Positions 1 through 55,960 of a DNA stretch of 64,000 nt are shown in pieces. A model generated the notes under the pieces. It had not been told where the DNA came from. It saw only the letters and a list, made by a program, of their open reading frames with translations, and ran no database searches. The first letter of the stretch is position 1. The number at the start of each line of letters is the position of its first letter. The stretch is from Chrysomallon squamiferum (taxonomy: Eukaryota > Animalia > Mollusca): contig CM022676.1 in NCBI GenBank assembly GCA_012295275.1, forward strand, positions 5,022,001 to 5,086,000, read 5' to 3'. The translations under genes were made by a program, and so were the position numbers.

Positions 1-860
1 TTATTATTTTTTTAAAATGTTATTATTATTTATTTATTTATTTACTTACTTACTTACTTACTTACTTATTTACTTATTTATTTTCAGTTTTAAAAATTTT
101 AGATGTATTTGTGTTTGTTGTTGTTATTTTATTTTATTTTTTTGGTTACTTATTTCTAAAGTACTCTTGTAGACTTGTTAAAACAGATTCTATATTTAAA
201 AATTGTTCAAAATAACCAACCTAATTTCTATTTCTAAGCCAAATTAATTAGTACACAAAACACATACAACTAGACAGCTTAAAAAAATATATATAAATAA
301 AATGATTGACCTATCTCTGATCTAAGACAAACATGAATATAGTTTCTTTTTAAAAAAATTATCTACTTGATCTACATATTAACCCTAAATCCTTGACAAA
401 AACACTAAAACAAATATTTATATTATATATGTACAATATATTACTGAAAAACATGCACAGAATAATTAAATTATACGTTTAGAAAAAAATTAATTAGCAT
501 TTGTTTTAATTACAATCATGCACATACACAAACATGCAAGCACATGAACACTGTCTTCTGTTATTCCAGATTGTTGGGTAATACTTTTTAATCATAATCA
601 CACATACACACAAATATTTTATAAATTCAAAAATAAAACTAACTACTGTATATAATGACAATATCCATTCATGCTTTTATATACATGAAACAACAATTTC
701 TATGCTTACAAAAAATACCAATTTTTACTCACCCAAATAATTTCATAGTAGAAGATGGCAAATTAAGATTCAACAGAAGAATTAAAGATTTATTTTATTT
801 GCCACACACACAGACCCACACACACACACAAACCCAGACCCACACACACACACAAACACA

Positions 861-895
<35 letters not shown>

Positions 896-1356
896 CTCTT
901 TAATGTAACAGGTCTAATATAACCTAACATGTCAGTTAGTATGTGTATTCACTTCAGTATTAAAACTGATTTTTACTTGGAATGGAATAAATATAAAATA
1001 TATATATTTTTGTATGTGTGTGTCTGTGTTTTAGATGCATCCCGTGCAAAAAATAGTCAAAATGGTTGTGCTCATTTAAAACAGAAAGAAAAATATTCCA
1101 TTATAACTAACAAGCAATTGCACGCACGCACTTGCACGCACGCACACACACACACACTTACATATACGTAAATAAATACATACTTAAGTTACATCTTAAT
1201 AAATAAATATATGAACAGACATATATAACCTTTACACATATCAGTTTAAATAAAACCTATCCATGAGGTCTTCATCACATTGTCTTAAAACCAACAAATT
1301 AGCTAGTTTACAAGCTCACTTAAACAAATAACAACATTAAAGAAACAACTTCTGAC

Positions 1357-44238
<42,882 letters not shown>

Positions 44239-45001
44239 GATTGTTGGTTATTAAACTGGAAAAACAAAAATAAAAAATAAAAATTGTTTACAGTCTTTAA
44301 CAATCTTATATTGAGTGCATTTTGAATCATCTGGAAGTTACTGTCAATCAACTGCTAGGTTTTCTTTGACATATAATTATTGGTTGTTTGGGGGGTTTTC
44401 GAGCGTTTTTTTTTTTTTTTTTTTTTTTTTTTTTCTTATTTTGTTTTGTTGTTTGTAAATTTAGAGCAATTTTACTGATTCTTTAAATTATTTTATACTA
44501 TACTATACCATTCTATTATTATTACTGTTATTAGTAGTTGTAGTAGTAGTAGAAAAGATAATAGTGATAATATATATTTATATATATATTAAAATTCATG
44601 ACTATAGATGCTCAATCTACATAATTAACTGTAATAGTTATGAACTGTAATTGCCGTCTGTGCGTATGTTTCTGTGTACATTTTTATGTAATAAAATAAT
44701 ACATCTATTTATATTAATTGCAAATTATAATTTGGTGCAAAAATTTACAACAAAAAGGATTAATGTCATTAAGAATCTGACTTATCTTTAGCAATTTTAT
44801 ATCAATTGAAATTCAAAACGTTTCTTGTTTATTTAATACATTTATTTAAATTAAATTTTGCGTTTCTGACATCATTTCATACTTTTTAGTATGATCGAAA
44901 ACTAGTCACAGCATCCTGTACATTATAAAAAATAAATTATTTTGGTCTAGTGCAATTAATTTCTAAATTATTGAAATCATTAATACTCTTTAATTGCATA
45001 C

Positions 45002-45830
45002 CTGACAAAATTGTCATCTGTTGCCAAGTGAAAATGAATAAAAAGATTGTTTCAATAAGTTATCTTCTGCTTCGGCAAGTCAGCGTTGTGAAAGTCGGCC
45101 ATATTGTTTGCCGTTGCTATATTCTTTTTTTTACGTAATTCCTACCATGGTTTTGAAGCATTAAATCATAAATAATGATTGGTCGTTTGGTTTTAATACG
45201 CGAACTAACTTCACGGAAATATTTGAATTGTAAATATCAGTTATGCAGTTAACCAAATCTTTGTCTTTTAATATTTTTCTAATACAAACAATATTTCTTT
45301 TTAATCTCTGAATATAACTATATAAGCAAGTAAATTGACTGTAATTATTTTTAATAGACATTAGTAGTAGTAGTAGTAGTAGCAGCAGCAGCAGTATAGT
45401 AGTAGTAGTAGGTAAATAGTAATGTCAGACAAGTTGTTAACAAACGTTACATTGCTAATGTAAATATGCTGAAATAACTTATCTTTACAAATTTTTAAAT
45501 TAAATTTTGGTGGGAGATTTTTTTAAATTGTTACTACAGTTATTCATTAGTGTTGTTTTAATTTTTTCCACCTAGGGAATATGTCATCCGTTATAATTGA
45601 AATTAAAAGACAAGTGAAATAAATCTTTGCATTTTATTTAACTTATTTCCTTAATTTGTTTTATTTATTTTATTAACTGATATTTTTCATTTACAGATTT
45701 CGGTTCTGTGCGGTAATTTACCTTCCCGGATATGACTGGTTCGCTTTTGCGTGTCTAATTTACCAACCGCGGTCTATACTAGATAAGTGCGTGTTGTGGG
45801 GTTATACGTATAAAACAAGTACTAAAATTG
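45002..45830. promoter_or_regulatory. Probable bidirectional promoter region with untranslated first exons of the dynein-like gene (-) and ZDHHC23 (+)
   Basis: Two locally CpG-enriched patches (~45070-45215 and ~45700-45810) in CpG-poor DNA. Minus-strand donor CAG|gtatg at 45001 and plus-strand donor TT|gtaagt at ~45830. Both ATG-bearing exons start at splice acceptors. X-box-like GTTGCCAAGTGAAA at 45020 and a GTTGCTAT half-site at 45113. Confidence 0.5.
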
Positions 45831-46530
45831 TAAGTTGTTTATCGAATAATTAGTATCAGATTTATTTAAATTTTCCTTGTTATAGATATGTGTATAAGAC
45901 ATTTTCAGTGAAGACAGAAATAGAAAGTTACGCCCCTTTAACAGATAGTGACTCACGATCTACCGTCTACGATTTAGTAATCACTGAATCAGTGACTGGA
46001 TTGAACTTCGGAGATCTATGACAGGTTCATTAGTTACGACACAGTATGTGATTATATTATTTATGATCTTCCTTGTCACGAAATCTTGTTTAGATAATAT
46101 CCTTTGTTAGGCTTATAACGAGACTTAGCATATCTACAATATAAAGTCATTGTGAAGATCGATCCATTTTAAAATTTAATGTTTCATTTGTTTATATATA
46201 TTTTCTGAAATCTAAAACGTAAAAGTATATTTATTTTATAATAGTTGTATTCATGTTCATTGATAATTATTGATATATTAATTACACAGTTGAATATTAC
46301 TGTAAACTATATTTGAAACTTACTAAATCAGTGCTAAAAATTAAAAAAATACTTCATATTTTATATTTTAAGCAAAATAAATGAAAACCTATGATTGTGT
46401 ATGCAGTATAGATGACATTAACATGTTTTAATATTGTACATTGATTAATACTATTATTGTAAGTAGTAATGATTTTATTACATTACTGTTAATTACCACA
46501 GTGCTTTTAATGTTGTTATTCAAGATATAG

Positions 46531-46570
<40 letters not shown>

Positions 46571-46611
46571 TGGGGGGGAAGATATTAAACCTTTTCCTTT
46601 TCATTAAATTA

Positions 46612-46655
<44 letters not shown>

Positions 46656-47802
46656 AATCCCAACATAGCTGTCAATGTCAACTCAGTTATCCACTGCTGT
46701 ACATGAATAATGTGCATTAGCCATGTTTGTGTGTATCCATATTATCCCTGTTATTATGCAACAGCAAGTATTCCCAAGTGTAGTAATTCAGTCCTCTGTA
46801 AAGAAATGTCATATGCAAATGTACAGAAAACAATCGCCATAATAGACTATGAATATGTGACAGTTGCTGATTCAGTGTCACAGTGTGTCAGTACTAAAAA
46901 TAGATTATGCATTACAGACAAGGAAAATGAAACAAATTGTATTGATTTACCAATGCTACTAGTTCACCTCGTTATTTTTAATGTGAATTTCATCACATTT
47001 GTACTTGTAGACTGTTATTATTGTTAGTATTATCATTATGTTTATTATTACATGTTATTTTTATTGTTTATTTATTAATTATTACATTACTTATGTATCA
47101 TTGTTATCATATTATTGTTTATTCTTGCATACTGATAAAAGTAATTATTATTATTATTATTATTATTATTTTTATTATATATATTTGTTATCGTACATTA
47201 TTGTTTATAATTAATTATTATATTCTTACATACTATTAATAAAAGTATTATTATTATATCTTACTGTTTAATGATAATTATTTTTTATATATTAACAAAA
47301 GTGGTTTTGTATTATTATTTTTCATTGCATCTTATTAATACTGAATGTAATTATTAATTACTGTTATATATAACTTTATTAATATATATTCTTTATTGTT
47401 ATTATTATTACAACTTGTACTGCTAGTTACTACCATCTATGCCTGCCATTACTGTTATTATTATTACTACTGCTGTAATCTACTACTAAGAACTACTACA
47501 AGTATTATTATAATTATTATTATTATTATTACTGCTACTACCACCACTACCTACCATCACTGTTGTTACCGTTATTATTAACACAACTACAACTACAAGT
47601 ATTATTATTATTATTATTATAGTAATTATTATTACTACTACCACCACTAACTACTATTACTGTTGTTATCGTTATTATTAACACAACTACAAGTATTATT
47701 ATTATTATTATTATTATTATGGTAATTATTATTACTACTACTACCACCACCACTACCTTCTATTACTGTTGTAATCGTTATTATTAACACAACTACAAGT
47801 AC

Positions 47803-47860
<58 letters not shown>

Positions 47861-47932
47861 GTAATTATTATTATTACTACCACCACCATTACCTACTATT
47901 ACTGTTGTAATTGTTATTATTAACATAACTAC

Positions 47933-47971
<39 letters not shown>

Positions 47972-48046
47972 TACCACCATTAACTATTATTACTGTTGTT
48001 ATCGTTATTATTAACATAACTACAAGTATTATTATTATTATTATTG

Positions 48047-48078
<32 letters not shown>

Positions 48079-48131
48079 TACTACTACTCAAACAGGATCT
48101 GTGAGTGTGCAGCACGTTGTTATGGTTGGTT

Positions 48132-48259
48132 ATGTCAAGCTCCAGGCTGTCGTCTAACGAAACGCTGTGCTGTTGTGAATACGAGAATGCCGATGGACAA
48201 AGAAGTCACATGATACAGTGCTGTTGTGACTGCGAAGCTTTAGATGAAGCTTTTGACAG
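48132..48259 (+). CDS. ZDHHC23: ZDHHC23 coding exon 1
   Basis: MSSSRLSSNETLCCCEYENADGQRSHMIQCCCDCEALDEAFD R|gtcag. Confidence 0.92.
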
Positions 48260-48986
48260 GTCAGCATCATCATTGTTGTGTTTTTCTTCTTTTTTTTTTT
48301 TTTTTTTCGTAATTCAGTTATGAAAATGTCATTTATAATATTAATTGAGTTTTATGTTGACGTAATTTCTTTTGATATTTTTAGTATTTCTTTTAATTGT
48401 TGGTAGAAAACATATTCAGTTTTAATCTCAGCTTAATAGTGTATTTATATATACTGTTTTTGGACTTAGAATTAGGCTAAATAGACTATCAATTATATTA
48501 TAATCCCCTTTTTTTTTTTTTTTTTTTTTTTTTTGTGTATATAGTAAGTATATTATTTCAAAGCTACACCAACCAATGGGAAAACCCAATGTTTTGAGTT
48601 AAAATTATGATAATAATAAAATATAAATCTTGATAATGATTATTTAATCATAAATGTTTTTTTATCCATACAGTAAGTATCCTAACATTTCAGATGAAAA
48701 TTACAATAACAATGAAATATAAAACGTGATAATTATTATTTAATCCAAGCAGTTTTAATTCCAAACAAATGTTTTAAATTATAATTTTTACAATAACAAT
48801 AAGATATGTCTCAAGTTAAAAATTACAATAATAATAAAATATTAATCCTGACAATGATTACTTAATCAAAAAGGTTTTTATCCACGCAGTGGGTATTCCA
48901 ATGTATTAGATTAATAATAAAATATAAATTTAGATAATTATTATTATTTAATAAAAAAAAAAAAATTATTATTATTATTATTATTA

Positions 48987-49042
<56 letters not shown>

Positions 49043-52000
49043 CCTTACAGGTGTATGACTTGTAAACAGGTGCCAACATCCACGATGCAGCGACTCGTAC
49101 AAACGCTAACTGACCGATGTCGCATTCCGTGGATCGATGGCAAGGGAGCCGTCCAGGCAAAGCTCGACATCGTCATCCCCATCGTCATCGTTCCGTTTTC
49201 CCTGTTCTTCGCGACGCTGAGCGTGGCGGCCACGGTTGTCACGTTCGTCTGCCTGCCTCTGTTCATGATGCTCTTTCACCAGGCGTGGCGTCGCCTCGGC
49301 AACCGGCAGACGCCGTTTTTCTTCGTCTGGGCGCTGACGTCTGTGATATTTTCCTATCTCGTTTTCGTGTCGTTCGTTATCCCGTTCCGGGAGATCCTCC
49401 TGTGGGAGAACCTCATTCTCTTCTCATGCTTGGGCCTCATGTTCTACATGCTGGTAAAGGTGAAGAGGAACCCTGGACGCTTGTTGACCGTGGTCAGAAG
49501 GAGGCCCGATTTGCTGGCCAACAGTGATTTCATTCGCGGGGACCTCGACAGTGCGGAGGAAGGACTGAGCGAATCGAAAAAGTACGGGGGTCAGGGGAGC
49601 GAGTTTTCGAAAGGGTACGATGCCCCTACCCTTGCGGAGAGGGATGTGAAGTGGGTTGATTCGAGGCCCATTCGAGGTAGGTTCCTTTTTTTTTTTTTTT
49701 TTGTAAAAGATATTGTTTGTAGTTCTAGTTGTGTTAAATGTGATGATTGCTGTTGTTGTTGTTGTTGTTATTGTTTTTATTATTCATTATTATTATTATT
49801 TTTATAGTAATTATATTATTATTGTTAGTGTTATTATATTATTGTAATTGTTATTATCATTATAACTAATTATTATTATTATTATTATTATTATTATTGT
49901 TATTGTTATTATTATATATTTTGGGGATGGGATTGTTTATAATAAATCTTTCAGCAGAATTTCAGTGAAGCTTAGAGAAGCAGAGTAAAATGATTATATA
50001 CAGTATTTACTTTTGTTATTATTAATATACTTTACTATTATTTACATTTTACATTTATTATTATTAAACTTTGTGTTATTTTATTGTTATTGTTATTATC
50101 ATCTTCATTATTATTGTTATTTATTTATTATTATTATTATACTTTGTGTTATTTTATTGTTATTGTTATTAACATCATTGTCATCATTGTTATTATTATT
50201 ATTATTGATTTACACTGTCATTGGTTTATTTTATTTTTTATTTTAATTTAATTTAATTTTTTTTATTTTATTTTAATTTTATTTAATTTTTTTATTTTAA
50301 TTTAATTTAATCTCTTTTTTTTATTATTATTTATTTATTTATTTATTTTTTTTTTTTTTTTTTTTCAGGTGGTAAATTGGTGACCTGGTGTGACAGTTGT
50401 AAATTGAAACGACCTCCAAGGTCAGGTCACTGCACAATCTGTGAATCCTGCATCACAGTCAGAGATCATCACTGTGTCTGGTAATTTAATTTTCGGATTA
50501 TATTCACTTCTCCCATTCCAACCACTTCCCCCCATGTCTGGTTCATCAAATGCAGTGTCATATATTTCCTGTTTATGGGAAGGTGCTAACAAACGATAAC
50601 TTGTTGGGGTCATAAGAGAGTAGTCTGTCAAAACAGCATTATTTGTTTATCATTAAATATATTTGTTTTTTATAACCATAGATTTCAAAATTCTAAACAT
50701 TTCTTTCTTTTTTTACTAATATAAGTCCTAATTATGTATGTTTACTTTTCATATTTTATTATTATTTTTATTTAATTTTTAATTTTTTTATAGTTATAAT
50801 TTTCTGGTTATTCGTAAGTGTATCTCGTTTTCAGTTAATCATTCTTAATAATAATAATAATTAATTAATTAATTAAAACCAAAATAAAATTATAGCAACA
50901 CAAAAAACCATATTTATAATAAATACTAAAATTACTTTTTTATATATATATTTATAAAAGTCACATTATTAATAACTGTTCGTCTATATTTAAAAAAAAA
51001 ATAATAATGTTTGTTATTTTCTTGTTATTTTCAGGATAAACAATTGTATAGGAGCAAATAATCATAGGTCATTTATGGCAGCCATGTTGTTATTTATCTT
51101 CTGTGGTTGCTATGGTTCCCATTTAACATTAACCACAATATGCACACCTGAAATGTACTATGAATGGTTTTTGCTACCGAACGACTGCAGATTTTTGTAT
51201 GCAAATTTTGAGTGAGTATTTCTGTTTTTTCCTTCAATTTCAGAATGTTTTTATTTTTAAAAAATTTCATTACTGCAGATTTGGTATTTTGTTTTCTGTA
51301 ACTTTACTTTCAGCATTGCAAATTATAATTTTTTTTTTTTTCCTATACTTTAATCTCAGAAAATCTTTTTTTTCAATACACATATACTGCAGTTTAAGTA
51401 TATAAATTTCTAAACTTTATTTTCCTGTACTGTAATTTCAGTATTTTTATTTTCCTGTACCTTACTTTCTGTCCTTTTTACATTCCTTTACTTTAGTTTC
51501 AGTTATTTTCTATTTTCTTATACTTTGATTTCATGATATCTTTCTTTTTCTGATGTAATTTCAGTATTTTTATTTTCCTATTGTTTAATTTCATTATATA
51601 TTTTAATATTTCAGTACTTTATTTTCAATATTTATTTTTCAGTGCTGTAATTTCAGTATCTTTTTTATACTTTATTTTTTGTCTTATGTTCCTATGCTTC
51701 AGTGTCAGTATATATTATTTTATTTTCCAGTACTGCAATTTGTCTACTCTAAATATTTTTTATTTTCCAATACTGCAATTTCAGTATATATATTTTCTTA
51801 TTTTCAAATACTGCAATTTCAGTATATATGGTTTTTAATTGTCCAGTACTGCAATTTTTATTTTCCAGCACTGCATTTTCAGTATACATATTTTGTATTT
51901 TCCTATTCTTCAGATTCAGTAAATATTTTTTTTTTTCTAGTACAATTCAGTATATATATTTTTTCCAGTACTACAGTTTCAGCATGTTTATTATTTATTT

Positions 52001-52251
52001 TCCAGTACTTCAATTTCAGTATATATATTTTTTATTTTCCAGTACTTCAATTTCAGTATATTTTTTTTTCCAGTACTGCAATATCAGTATATATATATAT
52101 ATATATATATAATCCAGTACTTCAATTTCAGTATATATATATATATTTTATTTTCCAGTACTTCAATTTCAGTATATTTTTTTTTTCTCCAGTACTGCAA
52201 TTTCAGTATATATATATATATTTTTTTTTTTTTCCAGTACTACAATTTCAG

Positions 52252-52282
<31 letters not shown>

Positions 52283-52540
52283 TCCAGTACTGCAATTTCA
52301 GTAGTCACTGTGTGTTACACGCTGATTGCTGTTGCTCTCATGTCTGTTGGTTTCCTCTATCAAGTGATTCTCATCAGTCAGAACGCCACATCGCAGGAAC
52401 TGCACCAGGCGTCGCTGCGTGGGATGACGTGGCTGGGACTCTTTGCCTTCAACAACGTCCACAACCAGGGCATCATCGCCAACTGGATGGAGTTTCTCTT
52501 CCACCACAGTCGCAAGTCTTCAGGGCATATTGTCTTGTAA
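48132..52540 (+). CDS. ZDHHC23: Palmitoyltransferase ZDHHC23 (DHHC zinc-finger), complete, 431 aa
   Basis: Exons 48132-48259, 49051-49676, 50369-50480, 51035-51211 and 52288-52540 sum to 1296 nt in frame. The N-terminus LCCCEYEN..G..SH...CCCDCEALDEAFDR..TCK...DRCRIPW is characteristic of ZDHHC23. Catalytic domain WCDSCKLKRPPRSGHCTICESCITVRDHHCVWINNCIGANNHRSF; C-terminal ISQNATSQE and NQGIIANWMEF motifs. Confidence 0.93.
49051..49676 (+). CDS. ZDHHC23: ZDHHC23 coding exon 2 (TM helices)
   Basis: ttacag|G TGT ATG ACT...ATT CGA G|gtagg; 626 nt. Confidence 0.93.
50369..50480 (+). CDS. ZDHHC23: ZDHHC23 coding exon 3 (DHHC motif)
   Basis: WCDSCKLKRPPRSGHCTICESCITVRDHHCVW. Confidence 0.95.
51035..51211 (+). 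CDS. ZDHHC23: ZDHHC23 coding exon 4
   Basis: INNCIGANNHRSFMAAMLLF...LTTIC...PNDCRFLYANF. Confidence 0.94.
51420..52302 (+). repeat. Acceptor-derived ~30-40-bp minisatellite before the last ZDHHC23 exon
   Basis: ttttccagtactgcaatttcagtata repeated about 25 times, with identity decaying away from the exon. Confidence 0.92.
52288..52540 (+). CDS. ZDHHC23: ZDHHC23 last coding exon
   Basis: ttccag|T ACT GCA ATT TCA...YQVILISQNATSQELHQA...NWMEFLF...IVL TAA. Confidence 0.9.
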
Positions 52541-53034
52541 CAAAAAGTGTTTGTGTGCACTTACTTCTGCTCTTTTTTTTATTATTTTTTATTTTTTTTA
52601 AAAAGACTAAAGTCCTTACTCAAAGACAGATGTAAAAACTAATACTCTGGAGGAGAAGAGAATCTTTTAATAGATTCTTGTTTTTATTGTGGTACGTGAT
52701 GATAATGATACAATCAGATGAGACAATATAAATCTTAAAAAAAAAAATTGAAGAAAAATTAAAAAGAAAATATATATATATATTTTTTTTTTTTTACTGA
52801 AATTAAATGCAAGCTTCAGTATAATCCCTTGCTAATTTAGTCGCATTTCTTTCTTTCATCGATTACAAAAATCATGAATGAAATTATAAATCTCAAAGAT
52901 TATCTGTTTTACTGCAGACAGAAATGAAATAGAGGCCAAAGGAGAGACTTGTTCAAATATGTAGGCCAGTACTGTTTTGCTCTCCTATTTATAATTTATA
53001 ATGTTCTGCAGACTTTCAGTTCACAATACTCCTA

Positions 53035-53175
53035 GGACCATCTGGCTCAGTTGTCTGTGGTCTGATGATGTCCACTGCTTTCTGGCCAGTCCATTTATTT
53101 ATATTGTCCATTTAAACTGACCTTTGGCCTTCCCCATTTCCCTCTGCCTTCAACAGTGACCTATAGAATGACGTT
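53035..53175 (-). mobile_element. RTE-clade LINE 3' remnant
   Basis: The minus strand reads, with lesions, TVEGRGKWGRPK...MDNINKWTGQKAVDIIR...W, resembling the RTE ORF C-terminal motif G.VEG.R..GRP...W.DNI..WTG. Confidence 0.6.
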
Positions 53176-55199
53176 ACATTAAGCAACAAAAATAAATTAC
53201 AACTGATGTAAGTATTTTTTTTTAATTAATTACAGGCCCAGTTTTTGAAACTGTATGGAAAAAGTGTATAATAATGAGATTGATTTGATATGATATTATA
53301 AAATTAGAAAATAATAATATTATCGGTGAATTTTAAGTGAATTTTAAATCAGTGGTGGCTTTTGAAATAAATATTTGTTAATCATGATGCACAAAATTGA
53401 CTGAATGTGTAGTGTTTAGATTATTAACAAACAAACACACACACACACACACACACACATGCATATACACACACTATTGTTTAAAGAAACTCCAGAAGAA
53501 AAATAAAATCCTTTTTAATTGTCATTACTATTTTTATTTAATTTTTTAGTATTGTTATTTTTTATAATTAATTACAGAGAAGAAAAGTTAAAATAATTAA
53601 TTCAAAACTAGATCTACCAATCGGGCGAATAAACATTACTGTATTTTATCTTTGAATAAATTAACTCAATACATTTATAATACTACTTATCATTTATTTT
53701 TCTGGAAGAATTTAAATGTAAAAAGAAAATGAAGGTTACAACTCTTGAGTTTGGACTTTAAATCTGTGCCAGGATGAATGATAATGTTTTTTTAAAAAGT
53801 CGTGCTCAAATGCTGTATTTCGGCATAGCTCATTAATTTGTATGTATGTGTACACTTGTTAATTATGTGTGTATTTCACTATTAGTGTGTGTAATACAAG
53901 ACAGTATATGTATATTTGTAATAAAACTGTAACACATGTACATATATGTATATTAAAAAAAAATATATATAATAATGTATTTAGAACGAAAAGAATGTGC
54001 TTAGTCCAACTCTGTGGTGATATATTTTTTAATTTTTTTTATCTGTTTTACTACATATATATATATATTTTGATTTTATATTTTGAAGATTGTATGGTCT
54101 TAAGAAACATGGCTCTTTTTGCTAAAGAATAATTGACAAGATTAATGAAAAGTAAAAAAAAAAAATTAGTTCAATTACCAATAGAACAGTTTTTTATTGT
54201 TTATTTTTTAATATTTCAATCAGTTCTTTAGTGTCCATAATGATAATAATATGTGATCTCATTTAGCTTTTCAATTTGTTTCATTTCTCAGTAGTACTAT
54301 ATTATTTCACTGTTAGAATTTAGGTTGCATATTTATATTAATTCAGCATTGAAATTTCATTTGTATGTTATGTATTCAGATCTAGAATTTCAGAGAATGT
54401 TTTTTTTTTTTTTTTTTTTTTTTTAAGTATCATCAATTTCAGGTCAATCTGTAATTTCAGTTATATATTTTTCAATACCATTAATTTCAGTTCTGTATTT
54501 TTTTATACCTGTAATTTCAGTTGTTGATTTTCATGGAAGTACTAAAGTTTTGGTTTTATATTTTCTGAGGATTTTTAATGTTATTTGAGTATTATGATTT
54601 CAGTGCTTGTCGAAATACATCTGTTTCAGTTGTCTATTTTTCAGTACCACAGTGTCAGGAATAATATTATTCAAGCTAACAATTTCTGTTACATGTTTTT
54701 AAAGTTCTAGATGTAAGTTTTATGTATTTTAATACTGAAAATATCAGTTGTATTATTTCCTTTGCCATAGGTTCAGTTGTACAATTTTCAGTACCAAATT
54801 TCAGTTACTTTACTTAATGATAACCATGACATTTTTTTTTTTTTTTTGTTTTTTTTTTTTTTTTTTTTTTTCAATATGAAATCTAATCTTTTCTTTATTT
54901 TATATATTATTTAATTTTGATATGAACTATTCCTATTTCAATTTCAGGATCCTTAAGAATTTGCTGTGTAGATAATACAGGCAGCTGAATTAATGAAGTT
55001 TGTTATTCATGTTTGCAGACATCTAACTACTGTTAAAAAGCTAATATATATAAAACTGAAAGACTACAAGAATCTTCATTAATTCAGTTTAGCATATTTC
55101 TCAATTAAAAAATTTCGGACTGTATTAGTGTGTATATCTCAGGTCATGAATTTAAACCTGCATATGTTCGGTGATTAATATTGCCCTCCAGCACCTCCA

Positions 55200-55960
55200 C
55201 AGACACATTTGGCTGTTCATATTTCTAGTCATAAGATTGGCTAGTGCCAAATATCCAGTCATAAATATAGAACTGTACAAGTCCAGTCATAAACTTGAAC
55301 ACTTTTATCTCTGAATATGAATCTTCTTTATATTGCAAGTCAGAAATTAGCCCCAATACTTTTGTAGTTATATTTTTTAGATTTTCCATCAGAAATTTGT
55401 ATACCTTCTATTCATTAATTAGGCCTAGTATATATCCAGTGCCAAACTGGGATATTGTCATATTTGGTCCAGTATATATCTCCAGTCATTGATGTTATTC
55501 ATTAATTCTTCTGCAGTAAATTCAGCTTTGTATATTTTGAATATATATTTATATAAATAGATTTCTTTTCATAAATTTGGCTCAGTATATATATATATAT
55601 ATATATATCTCCCATCGTAGATTCGACCCATTTTATCTTCTTCATAAATCTAGTGAGGATATTTTGAATTGTAAATTTGGCACTGTACATCCAGAAACAC
55701 AGATTCTGTTCATTGAGATCTCCAGTCATTAATATGGCCCCCAGTATCTTCATTGTAAATTTAGCAAATATATTTTGAACTATAAATTTGGCCCAATGCA
55801 TCTTCCAGAATATTATATCTCCAATATATCTCCCAGTCGCAAATTCTGCCATATGGAATTTCCACTATTTTTTGAATTGTTAATTTGACTCAGTATATCT
55901 TCAATCACAAATTTTAAACCAGTATATCCACAGTCATAAATTATATTCAAAATGTCTCCG
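55200..55960. repeat. Diverged minisatellite
   Basis: Recurrent cagtatatctccagtcataaatttggc-like units. Confidence 0.7.

Noticed and set aside
1-1350. Further small dynein exons (e.g. donor-like gtgagt near 727-732)
   Set aside because: No convincing acceptor with an in-phase, recognisable peptide.
46640-46960. Possible CR1-like LINE 3' remnant on the minus strand
   Set aside because: The resemblance is vague and too degraded to support without a search.
51679-52635. 318-aa plus-strand ORF
   Set aside because: It runs through the acceptor-derived minisatellite and overlaps the ZDHHC23 last exon in the wrong frame.
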